From assembly GCA_036172245.1 (NCBI GenBank), contig JAYWIR010000003.1, positions 6,386,001-6,450,000 of the forward strand: a stretch of DNA of 64,000 nt, read 5' to 3'. The first letter of the stretch is position 1, and every line of letters starts with the position of its first letter. Made by a program: the position numbers and the translations under genes. This document shows, one piece after another, positions 38,601 through 53,600 of the stretch. This stretch comes from Raillietiella orientalis. Its lineage: Eukaryota. The notes below the pieces were generated by a model, which was not told the origin of the DNA, searched no databases, and saw only the letters and a program-made list of their open reading frames with translations.

Positions 38601-41600
38601 CACAATCACACGGAAATTCATAAAGAGGGGTATCAGTTACGCAGATCGAAAGAGGATCAGTTTAAAACGCTCCCTTCCTGGATAGCTAAGCCCGGTTATC
38701 ATCCTTGGCTCCCATTTCGAAATTCCCAGAATATCTCTGAATGCTCTTTCGATGTCGAAAGAGATTGGAATCGTGTGCAGTCTCCATGAAGTCTAAAAAG
38801 TATCACCTGGAAGCTCCTGGATAGACGGAAGACTTTTTTTCAAGTGCACTTCCATACATAGCTTACATAAAATACAATAAGCAAGAAATTGTTGACGAAA
38901 TGCATATGACATCACGCGTTTAAGGCCGATATGCATTCCAAGTGCTCGTGTTTTAGACATCCATGAGGACACGGCCTTTTTTTTTGGCTTTCCTCGTACA
39001 CTTGCTCTACTTAAAGTAGCCCTACGCCTATTTGTCCTACCGAAGATGGGGAACCGAGAAATTCACTTGAGTTTCGCGGCGACTTCTGTCTGTTTTTTTT
39101 ACAACACTCTCACGGGAATCGCCGGACTCTTTCATGTGATCGTACACTACAGTGTGTGCTGCTGCCGCCCTCCATTCCAGCTAACCGTTGCTTTTGTATA
39201 TTCCAGGTGCTATCCTACCATGCCACAGCGTCGCAGAAGGAGCTTGAAGATATCATGGTAAGAGAAAACGTTGCATTCAACTTCCTGTCCGATGAGAGCA
39301 AAAGCATCATCCTCTTGGCTGGTCGCGCTGTACCAATGCGCATGCGGTCATTTTTGAAGTGAAGTAGGTGAAAGTCGTATGGATCGACTCGGTTATTCCA
39401 AATACCCAGAAGCCTTGCAAAGGATCGGAAGCGTACGATAATAATAATCTCGTATAGAACGTCTCATGGAGCAGGCGCTCGATATCTAATGGAATCGATG
39501 ATGTGAAACGGCAGCATCCGTCGAACTCTTGATCCGAGTTTGCCCTCATTTGATATACGGATTTCATCATGCTTATTATCTATGCTCCCAACTTTTAGAA
39601 ATAGTGCGGGGAACGGTCGAGGGAAGGATCGTGAGCAACTTCGTGCGTCATCGTGAGAAACTAGAGATCCTCAGATTCCATCATTTTCTAGAATTGACAA
39701 GTGCTTGCTTACTTGAACATTCTAGATGCATCTCTTCCACCTCTTCCTCTTCGATGTACTACTGCTTGCACTCCCTACTTTTCATTCGGGTGTCGGATGG
39801 TCGGTTCACATCAAACATTTCTGTGCAGTTTGTTTCACTGAGTGCCCACTGAACTTTCACCGAATCCATTCCCAAGGATGCTGTGCACTTTTCTGGAAAG
39901 TTCCGTTCCACGAATGCACCTCGTTGTCATGCAGGTTGCTGCGCGCTGCCACAGTACCCGTTGTGAAGAAGAGGATGTTCCGTTCTGTGAGAAGCAGAAG
40001 TAGGGCGTGATGAAGATCCTTCTGCGGCTGGAAGCAGCAAACTACGCGCTGCCAAGGCTACAAGCATTAGGCGCAGGAGAAGTATTTCAGCAAGAAAGAA
40101 GCGACCTCTCTCCGTGAAACATCTTCTGGGAAAGGCGAGGGGAAGCTTCCCGAAGCTCAATAAGTGAAATAAGGTGGTTAATGACGTGAGCCCCATAAAT
40201 GAAATCTGCCTGACATGGTGTCATCCCTCCCTCCTCAATGCTGATTTGAGTCCGGACGTCCGCGTTTCACGAAAAAGGTGGGCAGGGATTACTTTATTGT
40301 CAGTTGGTTGCTTTAAGAAGAAATCGAGGAAGCAGTTCAGACCGTGGAAGATCCGCGGAAACGTTGCCCTCTTACCTACGATGGTTCGATCAACACCCGC
40401 AAACGAATCGGTCGGACGACGAGAGCCATCCTCGTTCGATGTATAGTCTGCAAGATCGTCTATCTGTTATGCTCCATTTCATCTATCTTTTATGCGACCT
40501 TGAAAGCGTTTTCCTTTCGGAGCACGGCGGCGAGTTTGCGTTGCCAGGGAAAGTTAAGGAGAATTTGGTACACATCTCGAAGCAGCTTGCAATCAGGATT
40601 TGCTGCGGAAGCCCCAAAGTTTTGTTACGACGAACTCAATTACCAGAAATAATCAGCCTTTGCCTTTAAGATTAGAGAGCTTTCTTCCTTAAGGTGGATT
40701 CAGAAAGTTGGGAGGGGAAATCTCATTTGCTCAGATGAAGGATGCTTGCTGCTGACAACCTCGATAAATCTTGTTTTTTTTTTTTTTTTCGTTGTTGTTC
40801 TTTCCTTTTCTATTGCTTTTCTCTTTTTCTTTTTTTATTTCTTCGATCATCTTCGAGTCGTGCGCTTCTACGGAATTCTTCGACGACTCCCTTCTGGGTA
40901 ATCTTCGGTTCCAGTCCCTCCTGGAAAGAAGCCAAAGAATACTCGAAACCATGAAACAAGCAGCGCTTGGACCGCAGCATCAGGCTAAAGGCAGTGGACC
41001 GTCTTGAATTTTCGTGAAATGGGGCAAGAAAAAACGCCGTGAGAAGCAAAAAAAAACGAGTCAAAAACATGGGAGCGCACTGCTGTTGGCTACGAAACAC
41101 TTTATTGCATCGTTCCTTTATTTTTGGTGTTTCTTCATCCGCAAACGCTCATCATTCGGACTTACCACCTGTTGATTCCTTTCTTCCTGCTTTCCTCTGA
41201 TGGAATTTCTTGGTGTTTGCCGAAAACGTTCTTTTCCTGTCGCACAAACCTTCATCATTGGACGTGACACGTTCGCTTTGATCATATGGCCTGGGGGCCA
41301 GGCACAGCACTCGAGGAAGCAGGTCGAACTGAGACAGCGTGTCTTTGATGGAACGGACAGACTTCCTGGCAGAGTGGACGCTAGGAACGTGGGATCGTAC
41401 GCTCATCGTGAACTCTTTTAGCCCCGCAAAAGTAGTCAGAGCTCCGCTTGGTCTGACCTCTTCACTGCCTTCGGCGCGATCTTTGTCGTCTACAGTTGGG
41501 ATTTGGAGAATTTCGTTTTGGAATTCAAGGCTTTTCTCATCCTCCAAACTAGCCTCTTTTGGCTTACGTCTGCTTTCGCTATTTTTTTTTCCCTTTTTCG

Positions 41601-44600
41601 GGACCCCTTTACGAGCCACATTTAGTTTGTGCACTTCACTCCCCTCGGAACCGCACGATTCCCAAATGCTTGCATCCGAAAATGTCCAGAGAATGCAGTT
41701 CCACATTAGGAGGAAGAGTTTTCTTCATGTGTTACTCCTGGAAGCTATCGATAAGTTCATGAGATGCCGTTTTATTTTCCGCATTCATCCCCTTTGAAGA
41801 ACTTTAGGTCCTTTGCCTGCACTGTCTCTAAAGACCACGAGTCGGAAAATTCGACGGTCGGTAACCCGAAGAACTCTCTCAATAAATGAGCTTCAGGACT
41901 TGTCGCTGAACGCTAAAACGAGCCAAGAAGGTCGAAACGTTTCCATCACTACCAGCCATGAACTCAGGAAAGAAAGATGCTCTCATCAAAACCAAGAACG
42001 GGAATCTCTCCCGAACCTGGAAGGCCACTTGTTGCTTCCTCCAGCGACTTCGTTGACCTCCACGGTCAGCGCATTCTCCTCGAAGGAGTCTTGCCACTGG
42101 AAGACCGTCACGTTTCTGAGCGAACTGAGTTCCTCCAGATCTGCGGTGGACGGCTGCAGGAACGGCTGCCTCGTCTTCTGAGCGTGGAACACCAAGCTTC
42201 GTGCTGTTCTTCCGTGGTCTTCTTTCCGGATCCGCGAAATGCCGGTGGCGAAAATCGTGCCTGGAAAGAAGAGGCGAGTTTTCTTTGGCGCCGAAACATG
42301 TTTTCTAGATATTTCTGAAGGAGAAACTCGAGAAAGAGACTCCATTCGAAAGCATCGGAATAAACCCGGAAGCGAAGAACGAGAGACACAGACAAGCGCG
42401 CCACAAAACTGGCAGCAAAGCAGAGGCACTCAAGGAAACGTTCATCACTCAAAAGGCCATCGGTGCCTTCCAAGAAATCCCCTGAACCACACATGAGGAC
42501 TGAGTTGCGTTCAGCACATTGATCTCGGAAAATGAGGTCAACGCTTTTTTTGGAAGCTTTGGAGCCAGCTCTAGCCCGGCACGCGTTTCGAGCCGCTCCG
42601 TACACGAGTGGCGCTCTCAGGCAAGCAGTGGTAGCACAACTCTTGCGAAAGACGAATCGTTCGAAACACTCATTTGCAAATCTTTGTGGGAACGTCACTT
42701 TGCAAAACCAGATATTCCTAGCTACCATAGCGCACAGGGTGCACAGGGACTACGCCCTCTCTCTGCGTGGAGGAGATAAAGCAATTCAGTTTGGTTTTCC
42801 TTTTTTTTTTTTTTGGAAAATCGCTACGCAAAAGCTTCTTGTGAAAGCAGGCAAAGATAATTTTCGATGTGTGCTCAGTCTGCTTTCCAAAATCTTGTCA
42901 GGAACAGCGAGGAATAGCAAGAAGAGCATCGCAGATATGGACTGTCCTCTCTGGCTTCGTGATACTTGTTCTCCTGTTCTTCATACGTCAGTGTTGGCTG
43001 TTCTTCCTTCGGAATCCTGCACAAGCCAAACGAGTTTGCAGCTATCAAGGAGAATCTGAATGCAGTTCGGTCCATTGATCTGCAGCCTAAGTGCAGATTT
43101 ATATTCTGCGTTTTTTCGGTGCTTCCTTTGAGACGCGCACTTGACAGAATCTCGGAAGTCTCTCGTATTACTCTGCACTGATGCTGGGACGAGATCGCAA
43201 ATCTCGCAGGAAATCAGGAGGGAACGGAAACTTCACTGTCTTACTGGAAATGCACGCTGACAGACAAATGGAGCAAAAAAAAGATCGAGCATTTCCCCAG
43301 CTGACCCGTCTGTCTCCAAGGCTGCATAGCATTGCAAGGTGAAAAAAGCAAGCCGAGAAAATCCGAGAGATCCAAAGTATCCGATGATGTCCTCTTTGAG
43401 CGATCCTTCCCTGAACGAGACGCGTTTCGACGGAGAAAGTGACGCAGAATCTTTCTCTTCTGGAAGACATCGAGGAAATCCAATAAATTAGTGGGTGTCG
43501 TGCTAATCCACTGATGTAGCGGGAGCTTGCCAACAGACTCGGCTGTTATGGAACAGTTGCTGTGGCTCGGGGTAGCGCTCTTGCCGCCTTGAAGTAGTTC
43601 GATCCGCACTTGGTTCTTCCGAATCGGAACAGCCGGGATGCAAATTTTTTCTCCAGTCTCGAGACTACGACAGCAGGCTCCAGCATTCCGTTCTCCCCAG
43701 CGGATCGTACCCAGGTCTCTCCTGAAACTACACCAGCAAAAGACTGGAGCGCACGCCTCTTTGAACTTGGAGGCTGCTCGCCAAAGGTCTGCCAGCCCGG
43801 ATAGATTCTCAGAAGCATCGACCATCTTCGTTTCTGACGTCGGACGCCGCGTTCGGAGAGCGAAGCCTCTGCCTCGGGAATTCGCATCCTTGTCAGACTG
43901 TGGGAGGATAAAGCATGCCAACCACGAAGGGATTCGAATTCGTGTGAATCCGCGTTCCTGGAAAGCTTCTTTCCTCTTTTTTTTGTTTTTCATACTGTCA
44001 GAAATTATCACCCAGAGGACGCCTCGCATTTGTGTTGATATCCCTGGTGTGGAACCGTGATCGCAGGTTTTGACTCTTCCCGGTCTCGATCATCCCCTCC
44101 TCTCAATGATGCCTCGCCCACAGCACGAATTCCACAGTATCCAGTGATCAAGGAACCTGTTCTCTTCCTCTGTAGCTGCGCTCTCTTTCCTTCGTGCTGA
44201 ACTTCGCCCACCTGAAGAATTTGCCGGAGGGAGGGGAGCAGTGGCGTTGTTGGTCCGTGTGTTCGCGAGACTCTGAGAGCCCAGCCTGATATGTTGGTTG
44301 GTCATCAGATGGACAGTCTCGTCCTCCTAGAATTCCCCATACCTACGAGGAACTCCTACGGGCCTTCCATCCTTTACGCCACCGCTGCATCCGTGCTTAG
44401 AGTAGCATCCTGACCGCTTCCCAATGCCAGCTGATCGGACACGTGAGAAGCACTCTCAAGGCGTCTTATACGCATCCCTAGAATCTCATCTCGAAGACTC
44501 GGTCTCCGAGGGAGTTCGGTCGCTTCCTTTTTCTTTCTTCTTTCTTTTCGAGGTCGTTCCCCCTCTCTGCCCTCTCCGGTTCATCCCGCTTCCGTTTCAT

Positions 44601-47600
44601 GTTTCAGATTTTCCTTTTCTGGACCTTGAAAAGACTTGCCCTCCTCTTTTCTCTTATTCTCCCTTTATCTTCCTTGGCGGTTACTTCCTTCTTCGTGAAC
44701 CCCGCCTAACTCCTTCGTTGATGCGTATCCTCTAGCTTGATGGACCAGCTAGCCGCTATCAAGTGCTTGGTGATGGCGCCATAGTGGAGATGATGGTGGG
44801 ATCCTCAGGATGATGGTGTTGAATTGGTCTCTCCGTTACTCTCAAAGAATCACCTTGTCTCGGGCTGTTAGTTTTTGCTAGTAATTTGATGGACTTGGCT
44901 CTGGAGCACTTTCCACGTGCGGAGAAAAATCGCAGAAGGCCGAGAGTTGGGAAAGGAGCGAGTACGGGGGAAGGATAGCAGACTTGGTCGAAAAGCCTGA
45001 ACAGTCCTCTCCCGATTTCTTTCCAAATCTTTTCTTCCGGTAAAAAAGGACTCGACCTTCAATTCTCTCCTTTTTCAGATGATCGATCCGCAGGATGCAT
45101 CGCTTTGGGACCTCTCTAGCCTGAGCTTCAACGACTTCTCCCTTAGTGCTGATGAGATGGTGGTGGCCAGCATGCGGATGTTCAAGGAGCTGGGCTTCGT
45201 GTCCAAGTTCAAGATCCCAGTGGAGGTGGGCACTGCGTACTCCCTTCTTCTATGCCTTCCCCTTCGCCGCGCCCTCCAAGTGAAATTCTCCCGAGCTCCC
45301 GCTGCTGCCGCAGAGGGGGGAAGGGAAAGGGATTGGGAACTGCACGACGTCCGGAGGAAAGTAGTTCCAACTTCCCTCTTTCCTGCTTTCTCCCTTGGAA
45401 AACATGGAAGAGCCCGAGCATCAGACTTCTCCCGGGGCCTTTTCTCCAGCTGAGGGACAGGAAATCTCCTCTCCAACCCAATCCTAAAGCTGCCTTCATT
45501 CTGGAAGATCTTGTTCTCGTCTCCCAACTGATTCACATCCCTGCCACTTCACCACTTTGTACACTTAGCCTCGCAATAGTTTTATTGACTGCGGTTCCTG
45601 TAAACACCTCTCACAGCGCCTCCCTCGGGAAAAGAACCTCTCTGATCTTTCCTCAGAGAAGGCGGCTAAATGTCATGTTTCACGTCACCACTCCTTCTGG
45701 CTTCAATCTCAGTGTTTGCCTTTAATTCCTGCATTTCCTGTCTTCCTCCGCTCCCACCCTCTTTCCACAGCCATCTCGTCTCCTTCACCTTTTAACGACC
45801 TATTCATGCATTTCATCGATCGAGGAACGGAGGAAGGGGAAGATTCTGCCTTCCCTGTCCCCTTCTCGGGAACAGAGAAACCTCACACAGTCTCTCTCAC
45901 TTCCATGTGACCACCTAGACCGTTGGATCTGTCCTCTCAAGGGAGAGATGCGGAATGAGGCTTTCCCGGATGATCAAACCCCTTCCCACTGGAGAAGACG
46001 CGGGGGGAAGGGCACTTCGCTTTTAGAGTTCCGGAAGCGAAAGATTAATCATCTGTTCCAGATGCTGTTCAAGTGGCTGCTGACCGTGCGGAAGAACTAT
46101 AGGGACGTCCCCTACCACAACTGGAGGCATGCTTTCAACGTAGCCCAGGTCATGTTCGCCATGCTACAGGTGAGCCTTATCTAGAGGAAACGCGTGTCCT
46201 CTCTTTCCTCCTTACCTCATGGCAGATCTTTTCCTCTTCCCAGGAAAGTTCCCCATGCAGACTATCGTGGCCCATAGCTACACCGCTTGACTTACTGTCT
46301 ATTCCTACCCCTCCTTCTGGTAAGGGTGGGAGAAACAAAGGGTATGAGAAAGGTCCACTCTGAAGAGGGTGCAGACCCTTCCTCAACGGTCGCTCCACCT
46401 AGCCACTTTCGTTCGCGGAGCTCCACAAAAAGATCCATTGTGAAGGAAAGCCAATTTTTCCCGGAGTGTGGCATTTTCTCTTTCCATTCTTGTTCTTGAA
46501 CCATCCTCCTTGTTCCCGAACTGGGCCTTCCTTCTTCCTCTCGTTGTCCCCACCGAGTACAGAGAATAGTCTTGGACGTCCTTACGGCGCTGCTGCGAGA
46601 CTCCAGGCACTAGAAGCGTGTGAGAGACTGGACGGATACCGTTTAGCAGATCTGTCCAGAAGCCATGAGACAATGAAATTGGGTACTAAAGAAGAAGAAC
46701 GAACATTTCAAGGAAGTCTGCGCACTATCGTCTGCAGCTGAGCCGCCGGTGGAGACAGCTGTGTCCCCAAAGCTGCCGGTAGCCAACGTGCAGTCAGCCT
46801 TGATCAAGTCTCCAGGCGTTAGCAGAAAGTGATCTCCCCACTGGACTTCCTTGTCACTCCTCTATAGAGCAGCTTGGTGCTCTGGCGAACTGTGATGAAG
46901 TTCTTTAAGGCTTTGGAAGCTTCCGTCTGACACAGCCCTAGGTCACTCTCAAGAGCTGAAGGCCGGGAAACTTGAAAACATGCCATGACAAAGCAATATC
47001 TGAGGCAGAAAAACAAGTCTCGTTTTCTCTTTTCGTTCGCAGCATCAGTATCCGCTATTCCATATGACACAAGGGATTGATTTTCTCACTAGTGTTCTCC
47101 ACAGCAGAGAGTACGGGATTTGCATCTGCATAAAGGGCGAGGAACATCTTCTGGATACGACGACCTCAGGTCATCAAGCTGGCTCATCAGCATGGATCTT
47201 CCAAAAGGTTTCAGTACCGCTCAGAGACTGCAAAGTTTGATTCGCTCTGTAGCGCAAGTGAGATCACAAAACTGGAAGAATTTGTTGTGCCGCGGTAGCA
47301 GAGCCTTGCGCTGTTGTTCCTGAGGATGGTGAGGCCGCCTCGGGCAAGACGGCACGGGGAGGAGCAAGACCTAAGGGAAGAAAGAAGGGAAAAAAGAAAT
47401 TGAAGAGGAGAGGGAAGGGCGGTCTCAAGGAAGGAGGCGAGGCTTTCCTGGAGGGAAGTCAGAAATGATGGGACTTTTCCTGGACATGTCAATCGGAAAG
47501 TCCTAACAGATACCCTGCTTCCATTGCTCTACGGAACCAGAGGATGGAAGCATCTTGCTCCCGTTGAGAAGTCTCCCTCCTTGCCAACCAATGAGCGCAT

Positions 47601-50600
47601 TGTCCTTGGAATTGAGGAGAGTTCCGCCATGAATTGGAAGCAAAAGCTCTCATTCAGGATCTGGGCCATAGGCCCCGGTCTTGCCCAATTTTGAACCACA
47701 CGCTGCCCGACAAGCGAGGGAAGAATCTGACCAAAGATGGGTGTCCTTTTCTCTTCTTTGGATGACGACGCGCCTGAGATTCCAAGAGAGTCGCCGATCT
47801 AGCTCAATGGCTTTCTACTTCCCTTAGAAATCGTTTCTTCTGCCACGTGCTTGTCGACGTCCGCGGTCACGAGAGTTACTCTTCCGAGAACACCTAGTTC
47901 TCTAGCAGCACAGCTGGATCTCTGTCCACACTCCCCGCTTCCTTTCTTGGATTTCCGTCCTTGCCAAGGACGCTTCCACCCAGATTTTGGAGCATGAAGA
48001 GATGTGCTGGTTGGATTCCTTCTCTGCCTAGTGCCACACTTTCAAAGAGGTCCAGATGCCCCTTTTGCCAAGAAAGCATCAGTGTCCTTCTGGGATCCGT
48101 GGTTTTTACACCTCTCCTCTCAGCAAGCAATGGATCCCTTGCGAGGGGCTTCTGAGCAACCAGTCGCGCACAAGACTAAGAAGAATATGCCGCTGCTGCT
48201 AAGGACCGAGTTTCGCCCTTGTAGGCACATTGGCTCGGTCTCCCCCTACCAGAATCTTCATGCAAAGCTATAGTCAAACCGCTGGATAGCCTGGGTGATT
48301 CCCTCCTCTAATGACCCGAAAGGCTCGAAAGCTGAGTGACCCTTCATTTTTCCTTTCTTTTACCCTCTCATCTCTTTCTTTTCCTCCGTTTCTTCATCTT
48401 CTCCTCTCTAGCAGCACCGACAGCAGCATCCACGCGTCCACAAAGCTTTTCAAGAAGAGACTCCTACTCATCGTTCTCTTCACTGCGTGTCTCGCGGGCC
48501 ATCTCCATATATCTCCATAACGACCAGAAGACTCACCCTGACCACTTTTCTAAGGAATGGTGACGACCTCGTGGAAAAAGAGGGAGGGCTTAGCTATCGT
48601 GGAAGAGGCATTGCGCACGGGCTATCGATATGTAGACTAAAAGCCGGAGTGAAGAAACCAGGGAATCTCTGGACATCCTTTCCGGGACGTAGGAGAAGAC
48701 CGGGTGGGCCGGCTGAGCAGCGAGACACCTAGAAATGACGGCATGAAGCTAATGTCTCCCTTTGCGCAGTCTCTTCACGCGGTCCAGAGACCAATAAGGG
48801 CCGCTTCCAGCCACTTGTCCATGCTCACTGGCATTTTAAACAAATCCTTTCCTCCCCCTTGTCTCAGTCCCGACGGTTCCTGGGTGACCGACCACATAAC
48901 CTCCGAAAATAAGGAAGGGAGTGGACGCCACACGCCCTGACTCTACTAGTGTTGCCTTCCTTGCTGACATTCCTGTCTCAAAGGGAACACCTGCCCCCTA
49001 TTTTTGCTCTAAAAATGTCTTGCTCTTCCTCATGGAACGATGGGTTGGGTTGACCAGATCGCGCCAGAAGGGAAGGAGGTTTCCGTGAACACGTGACGAT
49101 TTTTTCTCTCTTTTTTTTCTATGTATCCTCCAGACGGTGAGGTTCTGCCATCTCTTCAGCGGCATAGATTCTCTCGCTATGTTCGTCGCCTGCTTGTGTC
49201 ATGATCTGGACCACAGAGGAACCAACAACGCCTACCAGCAGAAGTGCGTAAGAAACACTTGGGTGTCGGTTTGGGGATCCTGGCCTTTTCCATCTACCCT
49301 TCCTGAAACCGAATCACGCTGGTTAATAACGCCTGCGTTTCTCGCTATCGAACTGACCAAGAAAGCTCGGCTCTGATGACCAGATGACCATCTGACCCCA
49401 CTTGCGCGCGATTGTATGAACTGCCCAAGATGAGACCTCATGCTGTCTCTTCCCCAACATGCCCAGTCTCCTCCAACCTTTTCCGGAGACCGCGTGAGTC
49501 ACTCTTGCTCTTTCTCCTCCTCTTTGTCACCATCATTAATTCCCCCTTCTCTTCCTCCTTCCTCCTTCGTCTCCCTCCTCGTACAAAGGCAAGGGAAATG
49601 AGTGGCTTTCGCCGCCTCTGTGACCAGCAACAACAACGACGCTCTTTGCACCGTTGGGAATTCCATGCAACTCTAAGAAGGCCTCCTTCCTTCTGGTTAC
49701 TTAGTAACAAGGAATCTACAGAGCGGAAATTCCTCTCGTGATGTGATCTAAAGAGAAGCTACGGGGCGCCTTTTTTTTTCTGTTTTTGTGCACGCTTTTT
49801 GGGAAAAGCGGGTGCAGGAGGTGGACCGTGTGCTCCCTCCAGCGTGTAGATTGTAGAGGGAGCCGTTGAAAGGCCAGTCTTTAGCAAGGATCTCGCATTG
49901 TTTTTTCCTTTCAATCCTCCTGCCACGAGCGACCTTCTAGTTTTCTTCCACTGCCCGCTCCTTCTTCTGGTACCCCTGTGAATGATGTGAAGATGGACAA
50001 GACTTAGATTTCTGTGAAAAGAGCGGCCGGCTACTCCTGGCTCTATAGGGATGGACCGTAATATGGCGTGGGGGAGTAGGAGGCTTTATCTTGTTTGAAT
50101 GTGTAGGATGTTTGAGAGTAGGGAGTTCTCTTGTAAGTGAATGAAAAAAGTAGATCTAGGAAACGGAAATGGAGGAGGAGGAGTGGCAAAAGAATGGTCA
50201 GATTTTTGATAATGAGATCGGGAGGAATAGGAGTGTATTTAGGGGAGGAATCGAAAACGACGTTTCCTCACAGAAATGAACTGATCGCCTGGTCGATAGC
50301 AAATTGCAAAATATAGATCCGTAGTGAATGGTGGCTGTTTCCAGGATGAGCGATATCCGAGGAATAATATTATTAAGAGGGTATCGACCAGAAGTCCTGA
50401 TATTCCTTCTTTAGGTCACGTTCTTGTATCTTTCTATTCAGTTTTTCTAAAAATTGTTTTCGTCTCAGTCTTGCTAAGGAAGTCGGAGACTGGGGAAGCC
50501 TTCCTTGACGACGCAACCGTTGCTTGAATAGCAGCTGGAGGTTGCACCTCGCAACCCGGATCAAGGCGGTCTTCACGCTAGCAAAGTGCTATGGCAATTC

Positions 50601-53600
50601 TCCGTTCTGAACTGATTGTGAACACTTTTTCTGTTGAAAATGACTTTTTTCTTACTTGTCTAGGATGAACGATGTGCGCAGACCTCTATGGGTGAGAGAA
50701 TTCTTTACAAACGATTTGTTCCGGGCCTCATTTGCGTCTGGGATCAAATCCATCCTCTCTTCTTTTTGTCGTTCTCGTTTTCTTATTGCTTTTATATTTT
50801 TTTTCTCATTCCCATTTCCTTTCATAGCTCTCCGCAACTCTTAAGAGATTAGATCCTCACGGGAGGGATCAACTCGCTATCGAGACTTCCAGGACCAGAC
50901 CAAAGAGCTTTTTGTTTCTCTTTTGATCTCGACTACCCCTAAATGCCTGCGCTTCATCTCTAGACCCGGTTTGTTGGACTCAGCATTTTTTTTTTTCTCC
51001 ATTCGAAAGCTCAGCCTCCTTAAAGTGTTTTTATTCTTTCTCGGAGGCAGCTGATGCTGGCATCGCTGCTTGGCTGTCGTAGGAGGGAATTCCGATAGGA
51101 TTTCAAAGCGATGTCTTCCCATGCTGTTTGCCCCACCCGCCTTTTGCATTTCAAAACGCAAACTGTGGAGGGATGATGAGAACTGATGCTGCCTTGTATC
51201 GGGCACTGTTGTCTTCCTTCTGAGGGATGTGAGAAACAACTGCCACACAAATACAATGTTCAGCAGCTGACGGTCTTTTGAGACTAACAAGGAAAGCATC
51301 GACAAATTGCCCCGTCGTCTGGGAAGGGTGCAGTTGCAAGATTTAGTTGTTCTTCGAATGCTTAGACCCCGGGAGTTCTCGGATTGAGTGGGTCTCAGAA
51401 GAAAGCGACGCGCTTTTTTTGCGTGGATTCCAAGTGGAGACTGAACGAAGGATCAGAAAAGCGCGCACTGACTCCTTGAGATGCCAGAACTGATTTGCGT
51501 CGTCTGGGGGCTCTAAGCTTCCTTTCGCTCTGTGCAGTGACCACCCTTGGAGGAAACCTTCCAGAAAGATCCACAGGAATGGGAGCAAGGGACTGCACAT
51601 CCTATGATGAGCAAATCTGACCCCGCTGATCAATCTTATTGAAACTCTACAAGAATCAACAATAATGAGAAGCACGAGCCTTTCTTTCAATTCATTCAAA
51701 AGAACACTTTTGGCTGGAGAGAGCGATCCTGAGATCATCAGCGGAGTGAGGATGCTATCATCCTCGAGTGATGTGCAGACAGAGCTCCAAAAAGAGTTCA
51801 AGACTGGGCCTTTCTTTAGCTGTTACCGTGGAGTCCACGTGCGTCAGCAAGCACCGCCTGCTTCTTCCTAGTCTACCGGTTTCTTGTCATAGATACCTGG
51901 AATGGCTCCAGCAATCTCGAAGGATTGGATAGCAAACAAAAAAGCAGTAGAGCGTATCATCTTCAGAGAATGCATATTCTAGTTTGAGAGGTGACAAAGA
52001 CCTATCAGATAGAGTGAAGCTCATCCGCTGGTCTCGAGAATTTCAAAGTTATTTGATATTTACTTATGGAACCACCGCTTGGACCATTCAAAACTCCTTT
52101 TGGCGGATCAGTGGATACAAGAGAAGAGCGAGTTTGCGCGAGATCTTGACGCTCTGTCTCTTTCTTCAGGCAGCGAAAGACAAAAACTTCAGGAGACGAC
52201 ACAGAAATACTCACATGAGAGGATACAAAAAGAATTGAAGGCATCGGAAACTGAATAAGAGGATCTAGGAGGAGACTTACAAGAACTGAGGTGTGAAATC
52301 TAGAGGTTTGAAACAAACTCCGCTCCGGCTTCATCTGCTAACAAAGAGAAGTATCGAAAGCTCGAAATTGTCGGTCTTTTCAAGATCGCAATGGCAAATT
52401 TTTCTCCTGTCACGGAATACTCAAAGAGGGCTCTGAGCGATGAGGACCTTTTGCTGCTCTAAATTAAAACATTGCTTACAGTGCACACAATGGAAGCGTG
52501 TCTCCGAGGCGACAAATTACAGGGCTCAGTTTGTGTTCTCATCACAACATTTTCTTTACTATTCTTCTTGACCTTCCTCTTCTCTCTGTCACCTGAATGC
52601 GAGCAACTTTCCCTCAAAAGCGGAAAGTAACTTTCTCCATGAATCGTAGCTCCTGAAGGAAACCCATTTGAGAAATATTCACAGCGTTTTAGCGTGCTAC
52701 CCCTTGGGCGATCATGGAGGTAGCTTAACTTCCAAGACCAAAGTCTCAACCCGCATTCCATAGCCGAATGCATCAGATGCTACAAAAGTCTGCTTCAGAT
52801 GGTCTACTCTGAAGAATAGTTCTCCGTCTACTTAAGAGTTTACTCCCAGCGAGGTCAAGAGACTGCCCTTGGAAGATCATCTGCCACCTCATATAGTTTA
52901 CTTGCATAATCAGTTGGCAAGCTGCTCCGAAAGTACTGCTGCTGTTACGTGCTGAACTCGAGGAACTGTAGGTGCATCGCCCCATTCCAAAGTGTCGGCA
53001 CAGCAAGCTTTTGTGCAGCTCCGGATGCATGCATGCTCTTTCGTGTCGTGAGTGACCTTAAAGGTCAACGAAGGCAAACAAAATGCATTCAGAGCTTGAA
53101 ATAATGCTTGAACGGGAAAGGTCGACATAAAGGTCAACTGATTATGCAAGCAAACTGCCCACAAGAGGCCTTCATAATCGGAGATCCCTGAATTCAGATT
53201 CCGTTTGATGTAAGAGAGTATGCTTGGGTGCGTGAAATGCCTCCCTAAAATATATGGCTCCCTGAGCTCCACAGACATCGACGTTTTCGTTGAACAATTA
53301 TTCATCACATCATCATTCCAGCTGAACAATAGTTAGCAAAAGATGAGCGTATGTATGCTTTCAGGTCAGGATCGGCACTCGCTCTTCTTTATGGAACCCA
53401 AAACACCATGGAACACCACCATTTCAATCATGCAGTGATGATATTGAGCAGCAAGGTAAAAGTTCATCTCGGATTCTGTTCGGTTGTTGCATGAGTGGGA
53501 TAAGAAGTAGCTGCTGAATCAACACATTTAAACAGGAATCTGGAAATCGCCCCAAGTCCTCGTGAAATCCTTTGTTCATTCTAATAAACGTCCATTCTGC

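Noticed and set aside
43241..44029. 262-aa antisense ORF in intron 9 (similarly 37074-37799 and 24110-24814)
   Set aside because: No recognisable homology, atypical composition and homopolymer-derived runs; expected by chance in ~50% GC sequence.
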